From the NCBI GenBank assembly GCA_002633005.1, contig NMRA01000159.1, positions 728,739-792,738 on the forward strand: a stretch of 64,000 nucleotides of DNA, given 5' to 3'. A program made the translations under genes and the position numbers. Within the stretch, counting starts at the first letter, position 1. Each line of letters begins with the position of its first letter. Shown one piece after another: positions 41,223 through 52,600 of this stretch. This stretch comes from Phoronis australis (taxonomy: Eukaryota > Animalia > Phoronida). The notes beneath the pieces were generated by a model. It was given only the letters and a program-made list of their open reading frames with translations. It searched no databases and had not been told where the DNA came from.

Positions 41223-44200
41223 TATAAAACTTCAGCATCCAACATTTCGCCCACAAACTCTCTTTTCTTTTCAATGGGTAAAAATATACTCAACATCAAA
41301 CTTTTATGACGTACCATCAGATGAATCAAGGTTAGAAATCTCCAAACCTCATACGTTAGGCTTAAGTACTTCTCCCTGAGATGATGGAGTGCATCACAAA
41401 TAATTAGAAAAAATGCAGTCTTTCATACGGTTTCTCATATGGAATGGGTATTCTCTTAAATTATCACAGTCAATTTTACAATGTCTGCCGCTCTCAACTA
41501 CGTAATCTTGAGGTCCAGTACAAGCCAAAAGTATTCAGACAAAATTACCCGAAATCACCCGTCATGACGGCTGGGCAAGCGGGAGCCAAGTTCATCAACA
41601 GGCTAGCCTCCTTTTATGTCCTGCAATGACGAGGAATGAACTGGACGGTAATTAGAATTATGTGCCGCCCGAACAGACAGTTTTGCTGGGGTTGAGGGCG
41701 AGAGGGAGGATGGGAGGGAGAAAGACTCAAAGCAACAACAGACAAAAACGTAAACACAAGCGCTTGCGGCGAGATTGAATCCTCGCTTATGGAAGACAAC
41801 CAATGAATTCTATCGCATAATCCCAACATCACGGATAATCACTTCAGTGACCGCCATTTTGATGCCGGTACGCAATGGCGGATTTAGGAGGAGGGAGGGG
41901 GCAAGGGGACATAGCCCTTCTTAAAATTCTCGCGCACCCAGGGGGGCTCGGAGGGAGAATGCACAATGCATAGGCCTTTAACAATTAAACCCCGTTTACC
42001 GTTTTTTTTTAATAATAACAGGTCCACAAACCCAAAAATTCGAGACCCCTGCATCCCTACATTTTTATTTGCCTAAGAAATTGTTGAAAAATTATTTTGT
42101 ATTGTGGAAAAGATAGATGAAATGTTACAAATATTGCATTTAAAAGATTTAGTACTACCAACAGAGCAGAAATTTCACTGCATCATGTTTTGAAATTTCA
42201 AAATTTGTAATTATTTACCATTCCATACGGAACTACTTTATTATTGCATAATTCATAAACTTTCTGATTAAAATGAATTTTTGATAAGAATTTAAGTTAT
42301 CAAAATTCCGCCTGCGTCGCCGACAGCTATGAATTAGGTGCACTCTAGCCGTTGGTATGTGCCCGGACATACTACGATTCAACACAGTTCTCTGATACTA
42401 TTGCGTAGGCCTATTTGCGGGCTTATGAAAACACTGATTATCCTTTTTTATGCTGTTTAGTGAAGTATGACTGATGAATCGCCAGTGCAGTCTACGTCAC
42501 GGTTTAATTCTCAAAAGTCTTATTGATAAGTAGGGATCTTCATGCAACGCTCCTCATTATATAGGACCAAGTCCCTCATTATTTTAATTAAGGGCTCAAT
42601 TTGTAGTTATTTTATTTGAAAATGTCATTAGTCAAAGAGTACGTGTTCATAATAAAGATAAGATGATAGAAAAAAAAATTACATCTGTCGGAGTAAAGAA
42701 CGAAACAAAAATGCAAAAGATTACTTGGTCCGCGAGTCCCTTTTTGGGAACTTAGTCGAGTCTCTATTTGGGGACTGTGCCATGCACTTGGGCACTGAAT
42801 CCCAGGGCTCACGCTATGACGTCACTAATAGCGAATGTGGCAAGCAATACAGGTTCTGCGGGGGGATACCTTCTGCGGGAGGAGATGGACAGTAGAAGAC
42901 TAAGTTCAGGAGGCAAGGTGGCGCTCAATGTTTTTTAGCCACGGTGGAATTTACTTGCCCCAAGTTCATTTCATTAAAAAAATTGCAGCAGTTGTGTTAG
43001 CTGGGTATGTTTGTGCTGCACGTGAAGGCTACGAAAGACATTTGCTCGATTTTTGAGTCTGTCTGAATGAATGATTGTCAGTTGTTGTTGACCCCGTGAT
43101 CCAGTTTTGCTGAACCGTGGCTTTCTTAAACCTTTACTGCTTACAAGCGGGAAGTTGAAATTTTGCAGGGAGTTCAAGAACCCTTTAATTGGATTCATGC
43201 GTAAACAATCTGACTGGTCGACACCCACTTTTCACCTGATTTCTGTAACCTGGGGCAGTCAGAACACATCAAACGCGCTTAGATTTCGTTTGGCGATCTG
43301 GCGTTAAGTAAGCGTTGAGTCGTAAAAAATTGACTAACTTTAAGTTTAAAATCCGTTTCAATATTATACTGAATATAGAAGTACTTTTGTGCAAGGTTTT
43401 TGAAATATTTGACTCATCGTACTGCTCATAGTTCTCGTTTTGTATGTCAATTGTCCATCTGTGAATATGCCTTGCTTGTTTGAATTTAATATTTTAGGCT
43501 TGTTGAAAGCACAGCCCTGTCTGTTTTTGGACCAAAACACCTGAGAAAGAGGCGAGGTTGCTTGTTCTTCTGTCGACTGAACTCCAAGGATCAAACTGTG
43601 TAGGAATAGGCAACTGGACGTGGAATATTAGCGCAACTCTACCGCTGACTGTGGTGGGAACACGATGGATGATGAAATGGTAACTCATGGCTTTGTGTGG
43701 ATGTTTAAGACATATGCAGTACCAGTAGCTTCTTCATAACCATTTTGTTTTGATTCTTGTTTTGAGGTGGAATCCTTTTCATAGGTTGATGCTGCAGCTA
43801 GTTTGCAGCTAATTTGCACTGTGTTACATTTGGCCTGAGCGGAGGTTACCGAGTGCTTGCGGTATACAGCTCTGTCTGTCACGACAAACTATGATAATTC
43901 TTCACGTTTGGTAAAACTACATATCCTGGTTACCCGGGAGGCGGGAAATGCCATAGAATATAATGTAAACATTAAAACAACCCAGCAAAGGTCCCACTTC
44001 TTGGTTCTGTTGTCATGAGAGCAAACATAATGTCCTATACCCTTTGAAACGATGTCTCTGCAAGTCATTGGTGTTTGCTCAATGTAAGTGAATGCAGAAC
44101 CAAGATGCTGGCTCTTTCTTGGACCGTTGACAACACTTCCTGTTGCTCCCTGGGTAGTACATACTCGCTTAGAAAATACTGATTGTTTTGCCGTCCAACT

Positions 44201-45428
44201 TCATAATTACTGAATAAATATATTGGCAATGTAGCACTGTACAGTAATTACTTACAAAACTATCTGTTTGCAATATTAAAGGAGCATGCCACCCAAAAAA
44301 CAACCTAATTTGTATCAATTTAGATCGAGTAGTTCTCCTCGATAGCGGCACGTACGGTTGCGTTACCTGACACCTGACGGCAGACGGAGGTGATGAAATT
44401 TTCCACTGACGTCATCGGTTTCACACGCAGTCTGTTCAGCAGTTCACAACACGGGTAACTGGTGTCAGCTTATCGCTTGAAGTCATCATTTAACACCAAT
44501 AAATGATCAAACTTCGATGTAAAACCCTTAAAAATACACCGAGTTCTTATAAAAACGTGTTGTCTTATTTCACTGTTACGGATTTATTGGTATTTGGACA
44601 CACCGTAGCCAACAAATTTCGGCAGTCCAATTTACCAAGGTCCGTATCAGGAGTTCGTGTTCTGTTCGGAGATAAATTCTAAGTATTTTTCCGTGAAATA
44701 CAGACAGTAGGACCTAGATCTGTGTTGTTTAGACTTGTGTTTTTTAGTTCTAAACACAAAAAACGCTTGTTATCCCGGCCAGTGTCTCGGAACCCGATCA
44801 GGCCCGTCGCGGCCGGACTGACTCGTTATCCCGGCCAGTGGCTCGGAACCCAATCAGGCCCGTCGCGACCGGACTGAAGACATCACGAACATTAACCAGC
44901 CAAAGTTGGAAACTAAGCTTGAAGTCAAGAAAATACTATACTAGTGAGCTAAAGAAGTAATGTGCACGTGATTATTTTGGTGAAGCCACGAAACTGCAAA
45001 TCTACTAAGGCCTACTCGTCGGGGGCCGTGAATTCAGGTTCCCGTTTGGCCACAGAACCGCCAGGGCAGAAGTTGTACATTGACAATCATTATTTGAATA
45101 ATATATAAGTAAATAAAGATTCCCCTAACACCTGGCCGTGGGATGGAATATCGAGTTATTGTTTCACAACAGATTCTGTCAGCAAACACTGAATTGCTTG
45201 CGCTCACACGGCCTCGGTGTCCGGTCAAATTAGTTTTATTGCACCTAAAGCCGGTAACGCAGTGATTTATTCATTGCTGGCTTCTCAAATCATTTGCACT
45301 CACGAACACTCCAAAGGCATTACAAATTGCATCTAATGGGACACACTTTCTTTCAGTTTTATATATAAGTATTGGTTAGTTTGAGAATAATTCATTTTGA
45401 AACAGAACGCTTAGTAATAAACGTCAAC

Positions 45429-45650
45429 ATGGCAACTCGCAATCCCGACTTGGAGGAGTATTCATCTGACGAAGACTTCCCAGGTAGATCGTTAGTTTTC
45501 TCAGGATATCTGTTCGAACCAGCTAGAGTACACTGATCAAGAAGTATTAGAGAAGCGCCGTGAACGTGCACAAACAATGGAGCACATGGATAGTTCCGAA
45601 AACCGTCTCATGGTGTCAGTGCGCTAACTGCACCATAATGGAAACAACTG
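45429..45650 (+). pseudogene. KolX/P2X7 C-terminal-like Cys-rich gene remnant (frameshifted, truncated)
   Basis: MATRNPDLEEYSSDED..GYLFEP / EYTDQEVLEKRRE..RL / SWCQCANCTIMET; two frameshifts; cut at the junction with the THAP ORF. Confidence 0.65.
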
Positions 45651-45975
45651 ATCCACGTTTCTTTGCTTCCTGCCTGCCGAACGCAAACACACTAGGCACA
45701 GTATCTGACTTCAGCCTCGGTTGCTTTTTCTGCCCTGGCATGAGCTGTTTGGCAAGCCGGAATTCGTCAGTGAAATCACTGTCCACGAAATGTCGGCCAC
45801 AGACACGGAGGTGTTTCACGGCCTCGTACTTGGTATGAACTCCGTACTTGTCCTTTTTCACTGCCGCGAGCCACTTCCGAAGCATTTCGGGCTCTCGAGG
45901 AAATCGAAAAAACGATGTACCCGCTTTCCTCGCCGCTTCATAGTTCGAACAGGCAGGAACGACACACCACACCAT
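45616..45975 (-). CDS. THAP-domain-only ORF (truncated transposase N-terminus)
   Basis: MVWCVVPACSN..FFRFP..KWL..VCGRHF..LKSDTVPSVF: full C2CH, P, W, F and AVP-like box. Confidence 0.8.
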   Translation of the reverse strand: MVWCVVPACSNYEAARKAGTSFFRFPREPEMLRKWLAAVKKDKYGVHTKYEAVKHLRVCGRHFVDSDFTDEFRLAKQLMPGQKKQPRLKSDTVPSVFAFGRQEAKKRGSVVSIMVQLAH

Positions 45976-46612
45976 GGCGGAATTCACTCTGCATACGAAC
46001 CACTGACGTCGCTGCGGACTTTCTCACCTTCCTTACAGGCTAACGCGACACCTCTCGGCAAGGTAAGGTCGACCGTGTACGAGCCGATGTGGCCCCAGAC
46101 CGATTAAGACGGTAAAAAAGACTAATTAAATCGGGTGGCATTAGCCTTTAAGTACATTCTGGGAGACTTTGTGCTGTATGTAATTGAGATTTTTCGGAAA
46201 TAAATTTAATTTCTGACTTAAAGGTTCTGGACCTGAGTTTGGCATACTGACGGCTAAAAATTCAAACCATAGCTTGTATGTAATACATCAAGATAAGTCA
46301 TGATTTCAGGTCAACAAAAAGTCCCCAAAACCGCATATCCTTGAATTCTCTAACAATGATCGCAGATCTGATTTTTCCGTTTTTCAAGGTTATTTTCATA
46401 GAATACTAGGACACGTGGCTTTGAGAATTGTGCCTGGGCCAAAGACCTTGATTTGTTTTGGCGTATAATTACAAAAAAAATCTGTTTAATTTGAATTTTA
46501 TCCGTCTTATTTGGCTATCATGAGTCTAGCAACTTTACACCTTAACGTCACTTAAGAGCACCCCCAGTGCATGTTGTAGGATCTTCCTTGACTGTGTTTG
46601 ATTATGATGCAG

Positions 46613-49600
46613 GTTGATGAAACTGAGATGATTCCAAGTCTTCATTCTGTCAGGGGAAGTAGAGAGTTTGTACTCAGCGAGCATGTGCGACTTGTTAGTG
46701 AAGGTTAGTCACTGTACATTTGAATACATGAGGAATTTGTAATTGGTGGTTCGCTTGTACATTTTCATGCTATGCATTTGTGGATAAAGTGACTCGAAGT
46801 TTCCTGTCACAAAAGCTTGTTCAAGCATCATATTTCTTTCCTTACCAAAGTACCGGGCTACGCTGGCTTGACTTTCTCTCCAGAGGGCCTGGTAATGGAC
46901 CAGGACTCAGTGAGGCCACCTGCAGCTCGCCAGTGCAACGTCAGATTGTGTTTGGTGACCAGGTAAAAATTCCAAGTCGTCACGAAGATTCTGGATTTTT
47001 GCTGAACGGAAAACTGTCATTACAGTCAGTGAGCATGCAGCTGGTGCAGGCTTTTTTTCCCTTCACAGGGTTTGACGGGCGATAATGTTCTGTATTTAGC
47101 ATCCACGCCTCAATTTTCAGGCTATCCAGGCTGTTATTGCTGTTAATTTGAATGTTTAAATGGCAATTATTTAGGTGATTTCTCAAAACAGGCCGAGGAG
47201 GACACTGGATGCAATCACTGACACCTGTACTAGTGATACAAGTGAGGTCAATTTTCTACTTGAATTTTAATGTTTCCTCTCTTACATGTAACTTCAAGCG
47301 TTTACTCGATTCAACTACGAAAAAGGAAGTTTAGAGGTTAAGTGGCAGACGTAATTGCTTATTGCACTTTGACATGGTTCCAGGTGTCTAGCTTTTTCAA
47401 TACACGAAGTATTTTCAAATGTTGGCATCCAGGGATTGTTTGTGTGGATCAGAACTATCACACTTCCGGATGTGAGGTTCCCTTGCTTTGTTGCCTAGTT
47501 CCGCTTTTGGTGCCTCATTTACCTTTTGGTGCCTCATTTACCTTTTGGTGCCTCATTTACCTTTTGGTGCCTCATTTACCTTTTGGTGCCTCATTTACCT
47601 TTTGGTGCCTCATTTACCTTTTGGCAAGTTATGATTACGCTAAGCATCATTAGCCCTGTTCTGCCCAAGCGTTGGGAATTTCACAATCTCTATTAATTAA
47701 GTCACAGAAAGGGAGTCATTCCCATGGGATTCGTGTTGTTGTAGCTAGAAGTACTAAATGTAGGGGACTGTAACAGTCATCCGTGCTCCATTAAACCCTC
47801 ATAATGAATACTGAATCATACTCCTTATAACTTTTTACTATCAACAGGGGACACTTAGCCCACAGTGCCCCCTGGTGGCTGGAAATATGTCTAACGAGCT
47901 AGACAGGCATGCATTGATTGTTTCTCCTTTCTTCAGGTTTGTAATCTTAAATTTGTGGTTTTGTAGGTGGTGTCAGTGCCGTGGACTCGATCCACTGTGA
48001 GTTGAATGTTCGATATGGAGCATCAGGCAAAGAGTGTGTGGACTTCTTCTATCCTGACAATAACAGGACAGGTATTCCATGTCTTGAGAAAACTGTGGAA
48101 ATTACTGGGAGGGGTGAATAACGACACAACAAAGTGACAGCAAAATGAAGAGACTGTATTGGGGAAAACAAAATATGCAAAAACAGGACTGGGGTCAAAG
48201 GTCAATCCACAAAAACGTCAGGGATCTGTTTCATAAAAGTAAAATCTTTTGAAGACAGGAATTTAGTCTTGGACTCCCACTTCAAATTTTGGAAATAATT
48301 GTTTAGCCATTGTGAGCTCATATAGGTCTAGAAACAATAGATAGAAATTGTCTCAGTAACTAGCAGAGACTGCGTTTTGCTCACGTGAGATTAATTATTT
48401 TTCATAAATAGTGAGGAGCGTACTTAGACTAAATGTCAGACTTAGTTACTTCTTATGAAGCTGACCCTGGATAAGCTGTTTAATTTTGCGACGTTCACAA
48501 AAATTGAGTTGCAAAATAAAGCTGACAACTCTCCTTGTTTTCCATGGTTATTCACATCTGTGTTCAGAATGGTGTTATTTTTGTGTTCATCTGCTTCATT
48601 ATTTTATCTTAATTTTAAATACCGGTAGGCCATTTTTGACCTGCCAACGTTGCGCTCAATTTAACTTAATTGCTTCAGTTTGACTTTTCCATCACACAAC
48701 TTGTCACAACAATTCCTCTTTGGTGCTGTTGTTTTAGGTGCCCCAGTGTTTGTGTTCATTCATGGCGGTTACTGGGTAGATATGAGGTGAGATTGTTGGT
48801 AACACTAATATTGTTATGACAAACGTGCATGTACAATGGGTACGACTAATAAGGACTTCTCTCACGGAATTAGAAATGGAATTTACGTATTTCCTTGGCA
48901 CCACAATTCTAATATGTGTGGATTTTAATTACTATAAATGAAATAAATTAAGAAAATTATGTATCAGACTTGATGCATTCGGGCCACAAATCTATGGACG
49001 ATTGCTTTGCAGCAGACATGAAATTGGTGGCGCTGGTTTTGAGAATGGATAAGCATGGCATGCGACTAGTTAATTTCGTAATAGTGAAATGGAAATTGCT
49101 AATTTAGAAAACTGAAAAAACACAGAATTTTGTGTTTCCTTAAACATATACTCTTTGATGTAGATTTCCACCTAGCATATATATCTTGGGGATTTCCAGT
49201 AGAAAAATGCAGTTGGAATTCTCCAGTTTAGGACAGTGAAAATGTTGCTCGCGGTCTGAGCTCGTGTCAAATTTTAATAGACAATATTGGCTTTTCCAAA
49301 TTCGAGAATTACGATCAACAATGAATTTAATGACTAAGCACTTCTTTCATGCACATTATAGAGACACTTGAAAATTTTGCATCAACGGCAATTTTTTGAA
49401 GATTTTGTGACCTATTTTCAGATTCTGTTGTTATAAAACCTAGTGTCCAATATTTTTGAAATACTTATGCCGAACGCCAAAATTGCCCACGTCCCAATCA
49501 TCTGAATTAAACAAATCAATTTGAGCTATGTACAATATTATGTACGTGATGTTAAATTTGCTGTGACTAAATGCACTGAGACTTTCTTATGTATCAAGAC

Positions 49601-52600
49601 GAAGTGGTTCAATAGTTGATGAATCACCTGACTCCGTTGTTTTTTCCCCTGTAAGACAACTATTTACCTTCTTAACTGCCAGCTTCAGTAAGGAATTACG
49701 GTTTTTGTGCATTCACTGTCAACCCACCTAATTGAGATGAAGTAATTAAGACCATGTCGGCATTCTGTCGTTTCGCAACTTTTCCAGACGTGAGCGGTTT
49801 TGAACGTGCGATAACATCTGCCTCCTATGTTAACTGCCCAGCACAGTCTTTTGTCCTGTATGACAACAAGCAGGCCAATTATCTCCCAGGCTTCAAAGGG
49901 TTACTGAAACTTGGCAGAATGGATTGTCTTAACTTCTGTTGTAGTTGGGCGATTTAGGTGATTCAAAAACTAAACATGATCAGCATTTGACAAGGAATTC
50001 AGAAATGCTATTGGTATATGTTCAAACATGTTATAACTTAACTTTCATTTTTAGCAGCACAGCCCAGTCATGCTAGATACTATCTGATCGGAGATTAGAG
50101 CAATTATCGAACAAAAGAGAGCCGAACTTTTATATCCATTAACATTATTGTTCCCCCTTCTTGAAGAGTACTCTGCGATAGCAATTGTCCTCCGTGCCCT
50201 CCCCCCCCCATAAATTGAGCACTGTGCAATGTCTGTCTGAATGTCAACTACTCTTTTACAGTCGACAGCTATCACGATTTGTGGCTCATAGCTTCACCAA
50301 GGCCGGGTGCATCACAGCCATAGTTGGTTATCAGCAAGCACCTGAAGGTAAACTCAATATTCTACTGTTACTGTCTAAGTGTACTAGACATTATGCATTA
50401 CTTGTGCATACATTATAATTGCACCAAATGTGAAGAAAAAGACTAATATCCCAAACTGTCCTATTTTCATTTGTTTGTAACATTGCTGTGAATGGCTGCA
50501 ATGTTTCAAAACGCCAGCATGTTGCTGTCATGGTACAGAAGTTAAAGGTGGTTAAATATTTCCTTGGTGATTCATACCATTACTTTCATGGAAAATGCGA
50601 GAAAATCAAAATTGAACTTGAGCTGTCCACCATATTATGCGCTAAATTGGAGACATTTTGCTGTACAAACAGTAATGTTTGGAAAGCAGTCAACAGTCTT
50701 TACTCCTGCCCTAGACAAGCTGTGCAGACCTTGTGAATTGTCGCTTCCTATTTCCGGCACGAAACAATTGAACTAGGATTTCTTGCCAAATTGTGTTTGA
50801 TGTGTGTTTAATAACTCTTTAGGTTATTACATTCTAGTTATGAGTAATAGTGTTTCAGAATATCTTGCCAATTTCGGACAAAAACAGGTGCTGACATTTA
50901 CCTTTTCATGTTTCAAGGTCTTCAAACATTGCTGTGAAGCAAGCATTTTTTTCAAAATGCTTTCTTACGGTAGCTATTTTACAGACCATGGAAAAAGGGG
51001 TGATGCTGCATATCTTTTAGGAAAAACGAGAAAATAATATTTCATTTGGTCACCATTTCGTGTGATGAATTGGTGAGATTTTACTGTTAGGGCTGTTCCA
51101 GCAAAATCTGTATGGGAGGGGGGGGAGGCACTTTTATTTCGTACCCACCGCCCATATTTTTCATTTATTTCTCCAACCCATGACCCATAATTTTTTAATT
51201 ATTTTTAATAGGTTAAAATATAAAATCCAACACTTGCAAACAAACTGCCTCCAGGAGGACCTGTTAAGAACTTAGATGATTGACAGACAAGAACTAGTTG
51301 TCTTGTCCAATATTGTCAAAAACTAAAGTAGCCTGTGAGCAATACTTTTGGCAGCCACCAGGTGTCTCTGTTCACCATGTGTCTATAATTTCAATGAACA
51401 TTTTTTCAACTATAAGGATCTACGAATCTCAAACTGTCTCCACGATATCTTTTATACTTCTATGTTAAGTGAATATTGGAACTTGTTTATCTTACTCCTC
51501 ATAATTTTTATTTAAAAATCATCAATTTTCTTGTGTTAACACCAGTTTAGTGTTGCATAACTTTTCAATTCAATAGGACTGCAGACAAACAGTTGGCTCA
51601 AATCAAGTTGCCCATGACTTGATTAATGGCTAAGTGAACATTTTGCACTCTGTTCACTGGCAATATGGGCTTTTTTGTATTGGCTTGTTTTGAGTTTTGA
51701 GGGCTGAAGTAACCAACCTGTCAACATTAACAGGACAAAAAATACCACCCATTTTTAAAGCATCACTTCTTACAGGAATGACCACCCATAATTTGTGTTT
51801 TTTTCTGAAGACCATCACCCATGAATTTTTATTTCTACTGCCGTCCCCCCCCTCCCACATGGATTTTACTGGAACAGCCCTTAGTATGTTTTTATCTCTA
51901 AAGTTATTATAAACTCATCTTTTGTCAAACTTCTGATTTAGATAACTTTGTGCTATCAATCTGGCCTCAACTTGGTCCTTGCTCAGATTAAATACATTAC
52001 GCAGATTTTTCTGTGCTTTATATGGTAACGTAAAAGTTGTGAATTTTAAACTTGGAATGGCATCAATAGCACATGCCACTGACTCGCCACTCATTTTATC
52101 ATCACCTCAGTACGCTAATACCAGACAATGGCCCTTACAAACTCAACTGTATGCACAACCTTGTATTATGCGTAATGGCGTCTAGCGGCAAGATGATGAA
52201 GGCTTCGGCAATGATATCTGAGAAGCCAGAAATTTCTGGTAATTTTTTCGATTTATGTGTGGATGCAAAGCATGAAATTTTACTTACGTACTTACTGGTA
52301 TATGGTCTAAATCAAAAGTTGGTTTTTATGGCGAAAGTTGAGTTTATAACCATGTTAAACTTGATTTTATCTGTCAAGCTTAATGAGAATTGGAAGTTAA
52401 TTTTTGTCTTAAGGCCATACTCAGTGTTTAAAATGGCCTGTTGGGTCGAAAGCCCAGATATCATTTATAATCTGATTAAGGAACTATCTTTCTAATTATA
52501 TTTAAGGGTCTAAATTGAGAAAACCAGGATTCTCTGCAGCTTTAGTGGGGAAAGCAACCGTGTTTGATACGAGTTGAGTAAAAATGCAGACCCCTGGTTA

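Larger units (their letters stand above)
44280..46147 (-). mobile_element. Internally deleted Kolobok-like DNA transposon
   Basis: TTAA at 44276-44279 and 46148-46151; TIR AGGAGCATGCCACCC versus rc AGGCTAATGCCACCC (12/15); convergent THAP ORF and a Cys-rich P2X7-C/KolX-like remnant; no DDE region seen. Confidence 0.8.

Noticed and set aside
21800-41500. Conserved miRNA or snoRNA within the candidate non-coding transcript
   Set aside because: No convincing mature miRNA or C/D box pair recognised by eye; an Infernal/Rfam scan is needed to exclude them.
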